A stretch of DNA of 52,454 nucleotides from the IMG/VR virus record IMGVR_UViG_3300033067_001680, positions 1 through 52,454 of that record. One strand, written 5' to 3'. The notes below the pieces were generated by a model. The model was not told the origin of the DNA. It searched no databases and saw only the letters and a list, made by a program, of their open reading frames with translations. This DNA is from a virus (lineage: Duplodnaviria; Caudoviricetes). This document shows positions 1 to 9,586 of the stretch, piece after piece. Positions within the stretch are counted from its first letter, which is position 1; every line of letters begins with the position of its first letter. The translations under genes and the position numbers were made by a program.

Positions 1-1959
1 ACCCCCGTTGACCCCGCCGCCGCGCGCGCCCAGCTCGGCGCCCTCTCGGATGTGATCCTGCCCGATGGCGTGCTCTCCGCGCGCCAGGAGCGGCTGGACT
101 CGCTCTGGCGCTACTTCCGCACGACCACCTACGACCGGCGCGTGGTGGACTGGGACGGCGCCCAGTACGTGGGCCACTTCGACAGCGAGCGCGTGGCGTC
201 GAAGGCGTACGTTCCCCCGGGCTTCTACGAGGGCGGCCACATGCCCCTGAAGCTCCGCCGCCCGACCGCGCCGTACCACCTGGGGCGCCTCGTGGTCTGG
301 CGGTTCACGGGCTTGCTGTTCGGGGCGTCTAAGCACCCGCTCCTGGAGGTGACCGGGGACGACGACTCGGAGGACTACCTCACGGCGTGCGTGGACGCGG
401 GCGCACTCTGGGCGTGTCTGGTCCGCGCGCGAAACTACGGCGGCGCCACGGGCACGGCGGTGTTTGGCTTCGAGTTCCTGAACGGGCGCCCGGTGTTCAC
501 CGCGCACGACCCGCGCTGGTGCTCCCCGCTGTTCGCCGACCCGGAGACGAAGGAGCTGGACGCCCTGGAGATTCGCTACCCGTACGTGGACAGCGTGCGG
601 GACGGCAAGACGGGCAAGTGGCGCCCCGAGCTGTTCTGGTACCGCCGGGTCATCGACCGCAACACGGACACCGTGTGGGGGCGCGTGCCCGTGGGGGACG
701 GCTCGGAGCCCGCGTGGGCAGGGTGGCGCCACCGCGAGGTGTTCCACGGGCTGGGCGAGGTGCCCGTGGAGTGGGTCCAGAACATCCCCCTGGACGGCGA
801 CGCGGACGGCGACCCAGACGCGCACGGGGCCTTCGACCTGTTCCACGCGGTGGACGCCCTCGTGGCGCAGGCCAACCGCGGCATCCTGTCCAACTCGGAC
901 CCCACGGTCCACGTCGGGACCGATCGCAAGCTGTCGGAGCTGCGCAAGGGCTCTGACAACGCCATCGCCACGGAGAAGGGCGGGACGGTCGAGTACCTGG
1001 AGATCAGCGGCACCGGGCCCAAGGCGGCGCTGGAGCTGGCCGACCGCCTGGAGGACCGCGCGTTGAAGCTCTGCCAGTGCGTCATTGACGAGGCCCGGTC
1101 GGCGGTCTCGAAGACGGCCACGGAGGTGGACCGGGACTACAGCTCGATGTGGGAGCGCGCGGACGTGCTCCGCGGGCAGTACGGGCCCGCGGTGGTGCGG
1201 CTGGTCAGCAAGCTGGACCGCGCGGTGCGCAAGTACGCCGTGGGGATCACCCTGCCCGACGGGCGCACGGTTGCGATGGAGCCCACGCTCCCCCCGCGCG
1301 AGCAGTCCGTGACCGCGGCCGACGGGAGCACCCAGAAGGTGATGCAGCCCCGGCGCCTGGGCCCGGGCGGGTCCATCAGCCTGAAGTGGCCGCCCTACAC
1401 GAAGCCCACGGCCCGCGAGGTGGGCGAGGCAGTGAAGGCGGCGGCGGACGCGAAGGAGGCGGAGCTTATCGACGCGGAGCACGCGACCCGCTACGTGGCG
1501 CACCACTTCGAGGTGGACGACCCGGCTGGGATGCTGCGTCGCATGGCGAAGGAGAAGGAGGCGTCCCGTGCCCGCGAGGCGGACGAGCTCTACGCGAAGA
1601 TGGTGGCGGAGCGCTCCATGGCCGCGGACGGCCAGAAGGACGACACCGGCGCCCCCGTGTCGAAGGTCGGCGTGGTGCGGTTCACGGATGGCGAGCGCGA
1701 CGACGGCATCGCGACCATCAACGAGATTCGCGCGACCAAGGGGTTCGGGCCCATCGCCAACGGCGAGCTGACCGTTCCGCAGTACAAGAACCTGTACCCG
1801 GACCTGTACGCGAACGCGGTCAACATCGACAAGGGCGAGAACCCCGACGACCCCGAACCGGAGCCCGTCCAGACCAGCCTCGCAGCCCCGCCCGGACGCC
1901 CCGGGCTGAACGTGCCGCCGCGCAAGCCCGTGCCCCGCCCGAACGGCAGGCCCGCATGA
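1..1959 (+). CDS. Phage portal protein (5' end probably beyond window start)
   Basis: 635-aa ORF from 52 stays open in frame back to position 1. First gene of the head cluster, upstream of MuF-like, scaffold and capsid genes. Size and features (SKTATEV...ERADVLR helix, low-complexity Pro-rich tail) fit a portal. Confidence 0.75.
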   Translation, partial: TPVDPAAARAQLGALSDVILPDGVLSARQERLDSLWRYFRTTTYDRRVVDWDGAQYVGHFDSERVASKAYVPPGFYEGGHMPLKLRRPTAPYHLGRLVVWRFTGLLFGASKHPLLEVTGDDDSEDYLTACVDAGALWACLVRARNYGGATGTAVFGFEFLNGRPVFTAHDPRWCSPLFADPETKELDALEIRYPYVDSVRDGKTGKWRPELFWYRRVIDRNTDTVWGRVPVGDGSEPAWAGWRHREVFHGLGEVPVEWVQNIPLDGDADGDPDAHGAFDLFHAVDALVAQANRGILSNSDPTVHVGTDRKLSELRKGSDNAIATEKGGTVEYLEISGTGPKAALELADRLEDRALKLCQCVIDEARSAVSKTATEVDRDYSSMWERADVLRGQYGPAVVRLVSKLDRAVRKYAVGITLPDGRTVAMEPTLPPREQSVTAADGSTQKVMQPRRLGPGGSISLKWPPYTKPTAREVGEAVKAAADAKEAELIDAEHATRYVAHHFEVDDPAGMLRRMAKEKEASRAREADELYAKMVAERSMAADGQKDDTGAPVSKVGVVRFTDGERDDGIATINEIRATKGFGPIANGELTVPQYKNLYPDLYANAVNIDKGENPDDPEPEPVQTSLAAPPGRPGLNVPPRKPVPRPNGRPA

Positions 1960-2405
1960 GCACGCGGGTGGTGGTGAACGGGCGGCTGCTCTACGTGGGC
2001 GGTGGCCCGACGGGGGGCATGAGCGCGGGCGCCCTGGAGCGCGCAGTGGACGACGAGGGGAAGCCCCTACCCCCTGAGCCTATCGTGGTGCGCGACGAGG
2101 GCCCCGCTGCGGGCCGCCCCTGGGACGACCCCGACGGGATCACCTACCGCGTGGTGTCGAAGCTCGCGGCGGACGGCGGGTGGGTGAGCGCGGCTACGGT
2201 CATGCGCTGGTACACGGTGGACTTCGACGTGGTGGTCCGCTGGTGCGCGATGGGCCTCCTGGACGCCGCGATGGAGGCGGGGAGCCCGTCGAAGCGGTAC
2301 CGTGTGCGCGACCCGTGGAAGCTGAAGGTGGCGGCGGACGACGAGGCCCGACGGAGGGTACTCGCCCGCTCCACCCCGAAGCGGGGCCGAAGGAGCAAGA
2401 CGTGA
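1956..2405 (+). CDS. Hypothetical protein with possible MerR/excisionase-like HTH
   Basis: ATG overlaps the portal stop (ATGA). Segment WVSAATVMRWYTVDFDVVVRWCAMGLLDA...YRV resembles a winged HTH. Confidence 0.5.
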   Translation: MSTRVVVNGRLLYVGGGPTGGMSAGALERAVDDEGKPLPPEPIVVRDEGPAAGRPWDDPDGITYRVVSKLAADGGWVSAATVMRWYTVDFDVVVRWCAMGLLDAAMEAGSPSKRYRVRDPWKLKVAADDEARRRVLARSTPKRGRRSKT

Positions 2406-2941
2406 ACGACGCGAAGACCGAGGGCAAGCAGGTAGAGGCCAGCCTCCGCGCCCTGGGCGTGCCCCGAGCAGAGGCCCGCCGCACCGCCATCATCCACCGG
2501 CGGAAGTTTCAGGGTGGCCGCTGCACCCCCGAAGAGTTCCACTCCAGGTACGCCTTCCCCAAGCACGCGCAGTGCCCATGCGGCGCACCTCCCATGAGCG
2601 TCGCGCGCACGTACTACCCGCTGGACGAGCTGGTGAAGCAGCGCCCCGAGTGGATGGGGAAGCTCCTGGCCAGCGGGGGCTCCGAGGCGCTCTACAAGCT
2701 GATGGCGGAATTCGTGGACGGCATCTACGTGCGCGTCGCGGTGGTCTACGCCTGCAAGGCGCACCGGGCGGAGATGGAGCGCGCGGCTGCGCAGGGCCCG
2801 TCCTGGGCGCGGGTCCACTTCAACCACGGGCCCGGGGAGGACAAGCCCATGGTGGGGTACTCGGGTCCGGCGGAGGACATGGAGCCCCCGCGTGTGCTCC
2901 CCGTCACCACGCTGCCCCCGCTCACCGCGGGCGACGAGTGA
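2402..2941 (+). CDS. Hypothetical protein, possible Zn-binding (CPCG ... CKAH)
   Basis: GTG start overlaps the previous stop (GTGA), with AAGGAG upstream and high-GC codon usage. Confidence 0.55.
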   Translation: MNDAKTEGKQVEASLRALGVPRAEARRTAIIHRRKFQGGRCTPEEFHSRYAFPKHAQCPCGAPPMSVARTYYPLDELVKQRPEWMGKLLASGGSEALYKLMAEFVDGIYVRVAVVYACKAHRAEMERAAAQGPSWARVHFNHGPGEDKPMVGYSGPAEDMEPPRVLPVTTLPPLTAGDE

Positions 2942-3081
2942 CCGGGCTCTGGTTCGGGCTGGGGTTCGTCGCGGGCGCCCTGGTGACAGCCCTCGTGGCG
3001 CTCTGGCTGTCCGACCCCGACGACGGGGGTGAGCTGGACTGGGACCGCGATGGCTGGGGTGACGACTCGGAGGGCGACTGA
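2938..3081 (+). CDS. Small single-TM membrane protein
   Basis: GTGA overlap. Hydrophobic helix GLWFGLGFVAGALVTALVALWL followed by an acidic tail. Confidence 0.5.
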   Translation: MTGLWFGLGFVAGALVTALVALWLSDPDDGGELDWDRDGWGDDSEGD

Positions 3082-3085
3082 CCGC

Positions 3086-3559
3086 ATGAAGAACGAGGCC
3101 CAGGTCTACGCGCGCAAGCTCCGCGACGAGCGCCCCGTGCGGCCCCCGAACCCCGACGAGTACATGGCGCTCCGAAAGCTCCGGCTGGAGTCGCACGCCG
3201 CGGGGGCGGTGCTGGCCAACACGGGGCGCGGGGGCCTGCCCTCGTCCCTGGTGCTGGGCGTCATGCGGCGCGACGGCTACCGCTGCACCATCCCCGGGTG
3301 CGGGAGCGACGGGCACGGGCGCAAGGGGCTGACCATCCACCACGTCGGTGGGGTGGACGCCCCCACGTCCATGTCCGTCGCGAAGGCGGGCAAGCGCAAC
3401 ACCCCCCAGAACCTCGCCACCCTCTGCACCGAGTGCCACCACGGGCTCCACGACGCCGACGAGGCGCTGGAGGACGCGGTGGACGCGCGGGCCGGGGAGG
3501 GCGCGTCCGAGGGTGAGCGCGTGCGCGTGGCCGCGGGCCTCGCTGGAGGCGACCGATGA
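3086..3559 (+). CDS. HNH endonuclease
   Basis: RRDGYRCTIPGC ... LTIHHV ... NTPQNLATLCTECHHGLH is a canonical Zn-binding HNH motif. Confidence 0.85.
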   Translation: MKNEAQVYARKLRDERPVRPPNPDEYMALRKLRLESHAAGAVLANTGRGGLPSSLVLGVMRRDGYRCTIPGCGSDGHGRKGLTIHHVGGVDAPTSMSVAKAGKRNTPQNLATLCTECHHGLHDADEALEDAVDARAGEGASEGERVRVAAGLAGGDR

Positions 3560-3906
3560 CCCGCGTGGAGTTCGCCCGATGGCTCCAGCCGAAGCTCCTG
3601 GGGCGCACGCGCTCCGGGGGCGTCGTCCCGCCGGGCGGGGAGGTGGGCCTGCGCATCGCGGAGCCTGACGGGCGAGAGCTCGCGGTGGTCGGGTGCGGCG
3701 ACGGGCTGGACGTGTACTTCGCGGACAAGCGCTCCGTGGTGGCCTTCGCGCTCACCCCGGGCGCGGCCCTCCGGCTCGCGGTGTGGGTGCTCCTGCGCTG
3801 GTGGGTAGTCACGCTCTGGGGCGGACTCCGGCTGCGCGCGTGGTTGTGGGCGCTCCGCGTGGGCGCCCCGATGCGCGTGCGGAAGTGGGACGGGACGGAC
3901 CCGTGA
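3556..3906 (+). CDS. Hypothetical protein (hydrophobic, Trp-rich C-terminus)
   Basis: 4-nt start/stop overlaps on both sides (ATGA, GTGA); fills the gap in the operon. Confidence 0.5.
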   Translation: MTRVEFARWLQPKLLGRTRSGGVVPPGGEVGLRIAEPDGRELAVVGCGDGLDVYFADKRSVVAFALTPGAALRLAVWVLLRWWVVTLWGGLRLRAWLWALRVGAPMRVRKWDGTDP

Positions 3907-4751
3907 GGGCGGACGCCCTGTTCGTGGAGCTGACGGAGGTGCGCGCCGTCCAAGCGGCGGGGCACGCCTGGAGCACCGGACAGGCGCGAGCCGTTGCCGC
4001 CGCGGTGCGGACGGTGAAGGGCTCGGGCACGATGGACACGGCCACGGCTCGCTCCCTCCGCGGGTTGCTCCAGGCCCAGCCCGCCATCGCGCGGTCGGCA
4101 CTGGACGCCACGCTCCCCGTGCTGGACCAGACACGGCGCGCGTCTGTGGAGGACGCCGACGAGGCTCTGGGCCGCCGGAACCTACGCGACGCCCTCTCGC
4201 CCTCGGAGCGGTCCCGGCTCACGGGGCGGGACGCGGCGGCGGTTGGGGTGCTGGCGTTGGCGTTCTCGCGGTTCGCGGTCGAGTGCGAGGCGCGCGCTCG
4301 GGCGGCGCTGGCTGACGGGCTCCGCCGCGAGGCACCCGTGCATCAGGTGGTGTCCGCGCTGGAGAACGCGACCCTGGGCCGAGTGGGCACCGCGGAGGTG
4401 ATCGCGCGCACAGAGGCGGCATACGCCTGGAGCGCTGTGCAGAACGGCGTGGTGGACGTGCTCTCGGGCGTGGTCCCGGGGATGCGCAAGCGCTGGACGG
4501 AGCTGGTCAACGACATGACCGGCGCGCCGCTCGACAACCGCGTAGCTCCAGACTCCATGGTGCTCCACGGCCAGCTCGCGGTGGACGGGCTGTTCATCAT
4601 GCCCCCCGACGACCGCGCGCCGTCGAAGATGGTGGGCAAGACGTGGGCGCAGCCCCCGAATCGCCGAAACGACCGAGCCCGCCTCACTGTCTGGCGGGCC
4701 GGGTGGGGTGTGCCCGCGTGGGAATGGCGGGGCCGCCGCGTCGCCGTGTAG
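3903..4751 (+). CDS. Minor head / head morphogenesis protein (Mu gpF, SPP1 gp7-like)
   Basis: IARTE..AYA motif, RKRW, DNRV...S..LHGQ and C-terminal PPNRRNDR, a variant of the MuF PPxHPNCRC motif. Lies downstream of the portal. Confidence 0.75.
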   Translation: MRADALFVELTEVRAVQAAGHAWSTGQARAVAAAVRTVKGSGTMDTATARSLRGLLQAQPAIARSALDATLPVLDQTRRASVEDADEALGRRNLRDALSPSERSRLTGRDAAAVGVLALAFSRFAVECEARARAALADGLRREAPVHQVVSALENATLGRVGTAEVIARTEAAYAWSAVQNGVVDVLSGVVPGMRKRWTELVNDMTGAPLDNRVAPDSMVLHGQLAVDGLFIMPPDDRAPSKMVGKTWAQPPNRRNDRARLTVWRAGWGVPAWEWRGRRVAV

Positions 4752-4792
4752 GCCACTGTGCGCTCGCCCCGCGCCTGCGGTAGCGTCGCCCC

Positions 4793-5314
4793 ATGGACGC
4801 GAAGAAACTGGCGAGCTGGGCGGAGAACCGAAGCGCGAACCCCATGGCTCCCCGCATGGGCGCGGGTGAGATGGAGCCGGAGGACGAGCTCCCGGGCGGG
4901 GGTGGGGACGAGGGCGTCGAGCCCATGGAGCTGGCTGAAAAGTACGGTCCCCTGATGGAGCTCTTGGAGGGCGAAGCCGGGGAAGTGCTGGACGGAATGA
5001 GCCAGCTCGACGCGGGCGCGCTCATGGACTTCACCCAGCCCCTCGAAGGGGACGCCCTCTCCGCGTTCCAATCCGTCATGGGCGGGCTCTCGGACGAGAT
5101 GCTGACCCAAGTGCGCGAGAGCCTCCCGGGCGTGTCGGCGGAGGACGCCGAGGCGCTGGCGCAGCACTGCGCATCCGAGGGCTTCACCGATGACCCGGAC
5201 CTGCTCGCGGCGTTCCTGTTCCGCGCGGGCGAGGTGGGCGCGCCCGAGGGGGACGGCGGCGACGCTCCCCCCGCGGAGGACGAGGGCGCCGACTCGGACA
5301 GCGACTTCGCGTAG
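4793..5314 (+). CDS. Highly acidic hypothetical protein (head cluster)
   Basis: 173-aa D/E-rich ORF with TAGCGT 6 nt upstream of the ATG. Confidence 0.6.
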   Translation: MDAKKLASWAENRSANPMAPRMGAGEMEPEDELPGGGGDEGVEPMELAEKYGPLMELLEGEAGEVLDGMSQLDAGALMDFTQPLEGDALSAFQSVMGGLSDEMLTQVRESLPGVSAEDAEALAQHCASEGFTDDPDLLAAFLFRAGEVGAPEGDGGDAPPAEDEGADSDSDFA

Positions 5315-5316
5315 CG

Positions 5317-5345
5317 TTGCGGTAGGGCGCACACCGTCGTACCGT
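5317..5345 (+). promoter_or_regulatory. Putative sigma70-type leaderless promoter
   Basis: TTGCGG-17 nt-TACCGT, with the ATG at 5353 seven nt after the -10. Confidence 0.5.
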
Positions 5346-5352
5346 CGCCTAC

Positions 5353-5544
5353 ATGAGCGCACCGATGAAGTTCGGCTCCAAAGGCAACCCGGGCGGCTCT
5401 GACCCGCGCCCGGAGGACTTCGGGGCCGACCGCATCGGCATCCCGGACCCGTCCAACGGGGACCGCGGCGTGGAGGGGCTCCCGCCGCCGAAGCCCCTCA
5501 CCCACCCGGGGCTCCCGTTCAAGAACCTGCGCGGCGGAAAGTAG
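5353..5544 (+). CDS. Pro/Gly-rich microprotein 1 (C-terminal PFKNLRGGK)
   Basis: 63-aa ORF with good codon usage and a promoter-like box upstream. Confidence 0.6.
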   Translation: MSAPMKFGSKGNPGGSDPRPEDFGADRIGIPDPSNGDRGVEGLPPPKPLTHPGLPFKNLRGGK

Positions 5545-5553
5545 CCCTCCCCC

Positions 5554-5751
5554 ATGACCCTGCCGAAGCCGTACCAGCCCCCCGGTCAGCCGCCCTCGCT
5601 CGCGGCCATCGCGGCGGCCAACGGCGTCCCGAACATCCCGGCGGACCTGCCCCCGGACGCGAAGCCCGTGATGCAGACGGCGCCCCCACCTGCTCCCGTG
5701 GGCACGGCGCCCGCGCCGCAGCGCGTCCCGTTCAAGGTCTCGGGCCGCTAG
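5554..5751 (+). CDS. Pro-rich microprotein 2 (C-terminal PFKVSGR)
   Basis: 65-aa ORF with good codon usage, tandem to microprotein 1. Confidence 0.6.
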   Translation: MTLPKPYQPPGQPPSLAAIAAANGVPNIPADLPPDAKPVMQTAPPPAPVGTAPAPQRVPFKVSGR

Positions 5752-5821
5752 CCCACGTCCGTGTTCTGGTTCCCCTTTCCCAACCCGGCCCACGAAGACG
5801 GGCCGTACCCCGGAGACGACA

Positions 5822-5968
5822 ATGGACGAGGGCCTCTACAACAAGCTGATGGGCCAGAAGTACCGCGACGACACGTTGAACATGCCGCTGGACAAGCGGC
5901 TCCCCAACGCCAAGCCCGCGGCCCCCGAGCCCAACCCCTTCGCGAAGCTCGCCGCTCCGAAGGGCTGA
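5822..5968 (+). CDS. Microprotein 3 (48 aa; C-terminal PNPFAKLAAPKG), not in the supplied ORF track
   Basis: Translated by hand: MDEGLYNKLMGQKYRDDTLNMPLDKRLPNAKPAAPEPNPFAKLAAPKG*. GGAG lies upstream of the ATG and third codon positions are G/C-rich. Confidence 0.6.
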   Translation: MDEGLYNKLMGQKYRDDTLNMPLDKRLPNAKPAAPEPNPFAKLAAPKG

Positions 5969-5975
5969 CCGGCTG

Positions 5976-6019
5976 GGGCGCGCGGCGGGGGTTGTTGCTC
6001 CTTCGCTCGTCGCGCGCCC
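5976..6019 (+). terminator. GC-rich hairpin after the microprotein cluster
   Basis: GGGCGCGCG / CGCGCGCCC inverted repeat; no strong U-tract. Confidence 0.35.
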
Positions 6020-6132
6020 TCGCTCCCTCGGCACCGGGGCATTCCTGGCCCCGGTGACCTGACCCTCCGCCGCGGTCGGCGGGTATCGAAGGGACCGACC
6101 GCATCTCTGCTTCTCTGCATTGAGACAGACCC

Positions 6133-6519
6133 ATGGCCACTGACACGCTGAAGCTGGACGCCACGCTGACCACGGACCCGGCCGTCGGAGACGGCACGGG
6201 CACGTTGTCCGTGGAGTTCCCCCTCGGGGAGCGGCTGGCGCTGAAGGCGAAGTCCGCCGGGCGGTACACGCTCACGGACGCCACGCCGGTCACCGTCCAG
6301 AAGGGGGGCGTGGGCACCATCCACGTTCTCGCCGTGCGTGTGCTGGAGGGGCCCCAGGTCACGCTCGGACTCCCGGCCGTGGGCCAGGGCCAGCCCTACT
6401 CCCTCGCGGTGAGACGCACCCTGGTCACCACAGTGGCCGGGCTCGCGTCGCTCACCCTCGCGGGCACGGCGAACACCACGACCGTGGTAGAAGTCTTCCT
6501 CGGAGAGCTCGCGTCGTAG
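6133..6519 (+). CDS. Putative virion structural protein (beta-rich)
   Basis: 128-aa Thr/Val-rich ORF in the head cluster. Confidence 0.5.
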   Translation: MATDTLKLDATLTTDPAVGDGTGTLSVEFPLGERLALKAKSAGRYTLTDATPVTVQKGGVGTIHVLAVRVLEGPQVTLGLPAVGQGQPYSLAVRRTLVTTVAGLASLTLAGTANTTTVVEVFLGELAS

Positions 6520-6553
6520 CGGGCACTTTCACCCCCACCACACGGAGCCTTCC

Positions 6554-7030
6554 ATGACGACCACGAAGATCGTGGATTACCGGGCGATGCTCAACAACGG
6601 TGACCCCGCCAACATGCCGGACATCGCCCGGCAGATGAAGCAGGGCACCATGGCATCGGTCATCAAGGTGACCTTCGCGTCCATGACCAGCGCGGCAGCG
6701 CAGGACATCACGACCGCCACCAACAAGGGCAAGATCACCGCCCTTGCTGGCATCACCCTCGACGCGAACGAGAACCTCCCGCCCATCGGCCAAGTGCTCA
6801 CCTGCCGCGTGACCGCGGGCTCCGCCGCCACGGGTCCGCGCGTGATGACCGACTCCGGCGGCACCCCGGCTGCGGGCGCCACGGGCCTCGGCGGCGCGTC
6901 GGGCGGCGTCGCCACCATCAGCGACGACGGCAAGACGCTGACGTTCGAGGCGGCCATCACCGGCATGGTGCTGACGTACATCCCGCGCAGCGCCAAGGTG
7001 ATGACCGACGTGTGGCCCACGGTTCCCTAG
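6554..7030 (+). CDS. Putative capsid decoration / structural protein
   Basis: 158-aa Thr/Ala/Gly-rich ORF with GGAG RBS, upstream of scaffold and capsid genes. Confidence 0.5.
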   Translation: MTTTKIVDYRAMLNNGDPANMPDIARQMKQGTMASVIKVTFASMTSAAAQDITTATNKGKITALAGITLDANENLPPIGQVLTCRVTAGSAATGPRVMTDSGGTPAAGATGLGGASGGVATISDDGKTLTFEAAITGMVLTYIPRSAKVMTDVWPTVP

Positions 7031-7059
7031 TCGGAACCCACACGTCTGGTAGTGTAGGG

Positions 7060-7093
7060 AGGCCCTGGGGCAATCACGCTCCGGGGCCTTTCT
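7060..7093 (+). terminator. Putative intrinsic terminator
   Basis: AGGCCCTGGGG...CTCCGGGGCCT stem followed by TTCT. Confidence 0.45.
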
Positions 7094-7186
7094 CATTCAC
7101 CAGCGCCCCGTCCACGTCTCCCGTCGTAGGAGCAACACACGCAACGACGGCGGAACACAGTCGGATCGGGAGCAACGAGGCGCACC

Positions 7187-8041
7187 ATGGCAGACGAAAA
7201 CGAAGGCACGACGACGAGCAACGCGGGGCAGGGAACGGGCGGGGCGGCCCAGGGCGGCGGCTCGGAGCAGGTGACCACCGCGGGTGGGCGCGTGCTGAAC
7301 TTCACGGAGAAGTCCATCGGCAACCTGAAGCGGGCGGAGCAGCGCCGGGGCGCGGACGCGCTCGCCCGCAAGTACGGGTACGCGAACGCCGCCGAGATGG
7401 ACGCCGCGCTGGGTGGTGGCAAGCCCACCCCGAAGCAGGGCGCGAGCAAGCCCGTGGCGGAGACTCCCTCCGCAGATAGCGCGAGCGGCGGACTCACCGC
7501 GGCGGAGCGGAAGGAGCTCGCGGAGCTGCGCGAGAAGAACAAGCGGCTGGCCGACGAGCGCGCGAAGTCCGACCGCATCGCCCGCGAGTCGCGCCGGAAG
7601 CAGGAGGCGGCCGAGGTGGAGGCCACGCTGAAGGTGGCCGCGCACCGCGCGGGCATCGACGACGTGGACTACGCGCTGACGCTCTACGCGCGCCACGTCC
7701 AGGGCAAGAGCGAGCAGGAGTTGAAGCGCATCGACTCCAAGGCGTTCTTCACCGGGCTGAAGACGACGCACCCGCACCTGTTCGTGGGCGCCGCGCCCGC
7801 GGGCGCCGTCGAGAAGAAGGAGCCCGCCACCACGGGCACCGGCGGCAAGACGGAGGACGGCGCAGCAGCGCCCCAGACGCCCGCGAACGCTGGTGCGGCC
7901 CGCCCGGGTAATGGCGCCGGGGGCGGCGGACCTGCGCAGGGCGGCGGCAAGACGTTCGACGCTCGCTCTGCGACGCGCGAGCAACTGGACACCCGGCTCG
8001 CGGAACTGGGCCTCCAAAACCCCGCGGGCGCGTCCTTCTGA
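7187..8041 (+). CDS. Capsid scaffold protein
   Basis: Low-complexity N-terminus, central coiled coil, LKTTHPHLF motif typical of scaffolds; directly upstream of the major capsid gene. Confidence 0.7.
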   Translation: MADENEGTTTSNAGQGTGGAAQGGGSEQVTTAGGRVLNFTEKSIGNLKRAEQRRGADALARKYGYANAAEMDAALGGGKPTPKQGASKPVAETPSADSASGGLTAAERKELAELREKNKRLADERAKSDRIARESRRKQEAAEVEATLKVAAHRAGIDDVDYALTLYARHVQGKSEQELKRIDSKAFFTGLKTTHPHLFVGAAPAGAVEKKEPATTGTGGKTEDGAAAPQTPANAGAARPGNGAGGGGPAQGGGKTFDARSATREQLDTRLAELGLQNPAGASF

Positions 8042-8179
8042 CATCCCCAGGACGGGGGCTCAGAGCCCCCGTCCACCCCTTCCTTCCCGCCTCCCCTAGA
8101 ATCTCCGTGTGCACCAGCGTAGGCTTCGTGCCTACACCCGCGGCGAACAACCCACACGCCCGCACACGGAGAGCCTCAC

Positions 8180-9586
8180 ATGGCGGACTTTTCGGTCATC
8201 ACGCAGTCGCCCGCGGTTCGGGCGCTGGTTCAGGACAACCTCCTGGAGCGCGCGTTCAAGGACGCGCTGTTCCCGCGCCTGCTCTACCGCGGCGAGGCGA
8301 CGCCGGTGCCGTGGGCCGCCAACGTGGGCGACAGCCAGTACTTCACCGCCACGGGCCTGATGCCCGTGACGTGCGAGCCGCTTCTCCCGGGGCAAGACCC
8401 CATTCCCACCACCTACCCGGTGGAGCAGTGGCAGGCGCAGCTCCAGCAGTACGCGGGGACGGTGGACACCCACATGCCGACGAGCATGGTGGCCATCGCC
8501 AACCTGTTCCTGCGCAACGCGCACACGCTGGGGCTCCAGGCGGCCATGACGATCAACCGCATCGTGCGGGATCGCATGTACAACGCCGCCGAGTCGGGCT
8601 GGACCGTCGCGGACGGCGCGCAAGCAGCCGTCTCCGTGCTCCGCGTGAAGCGCCTGAACGGGCTCACCCGCGCGCGCCGCCCGGACCTCCCCGCGGGCTC
8701 CGCGGTCCGCTACGAGCTGGTGTCGAGCACGAACCCCCTGGGCGTGACCATCTTCGACAACACGGGCCCTGCGGCGGTGACCCGCTCCATCATCGGGTTC
8801 ACCCCCGACACGGCGGGCGATGAGATCGGCCCGGGCACCATCACCCTGAGCGGCGGCAACGTCACGGTCTCCGACCGCGCGTACGTCTACACGGACGACC
8901 GCACGTACATCGTCCGCTCGGGCGGCGGCAACAAGGTGGACGACATCGGCGCCTCGGACGTGCCCACGCTGGCCGACATTCGGGACGTCGTTTCGCACTT
9001 CCAGGAGCAGACCGTCCCGGAGCACCCGGACGATCGCTTTCACTGCCACCTCTCGCCGGTGTCGCAGGCCAAGCTCTTCAACGACACGGAGTTCCAGCGG
9101 CTCCTGACCGCGCTCCCGGAGGACTTCCGCTACAAGAAGTTCGCCCTGGGCGAGCTCCTGGGTACGGTGTTCTTCCGCAACAGCGAGGCGCCCATCCCGA
9201 CGACGGTGCAGGGCGGGACCACGGCCACGTTCAGCGCCAAAGACCCGTTCGCGGGCGAGCTCTACAACAACGGCGCGACCAGCGGCGTGAAGATTCAGCG
9301 GATGCTCTTCACCGCGCAGGGCGGCATCTTCGAGTATTACGCCGACCTGAACAACCTGCTCACCGAGGCGGGCATCATCGGCAAGGTGGGCGAGCCGCAG
9401 GTCACGAACAACGGCATCGACGTGATGACCGACCGCATCCAGCTCATGCTCCGCGCGCCGCTGAACCGCCTCCAGGACAAGGTGAGCGCGTCCTGGAAGT
9501 TCATCGGTGACTGGCCCGTCCGCACGGACGGCTGCGTGGGCGACGCGAGCCGGTACAAGCGGTTCGGCCTGATTTGCCATGCGTGA
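8180..9586 (+). CDS. Major capsid protein
   Basis: 468-aa ORF after the scaffold with GGAG RBS, strongly biased codon usage, HK97-like pattern (LQQYAGTVDT...LGLQAAMTINRIVRD) and a downstream terminator. Confidence 0.8.
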   Translation: MADFSVITQSPAVRALVQDNLLERAFKDALFPRLLYRGEATPVPWAANVGDSQYFTATGLMPVTCEPLLPGQDPIPTTYPVEQWQAQLQQYAGTVDTHMPTSMVAIANLFLRNAHTLGLQAAMTINRIVRDRMYNAAESGWTVADGAQAAVSVLRVKRLNGLTRARRPDLPAGSAVRYELVSSTNPLGVTIFDNTGPAAVTRSIIGFTPDTAGDEIGPGTITLSGGNVTVSDRAYVYTDDRTYIVRSGGGNKVDDIGASDVPTLADIRDVVSHFQEQTVPEHPDDRFHCHLSPVSQAKLFNDTEFQRLLTALPEDFRYKKFALGELLGTVFFRNSEAPIPTTVQGGTTATFSAKDPFAGELYNNGATSGVKIQRMLFTAQGGIFEYYADLNNLLTEAGIIGKVGEPQVTNNGIDVMTDRIQLMLRAPLNRLQDKVSASWKFIGDWPVRTDGCVGDASRYKRFGLICHA

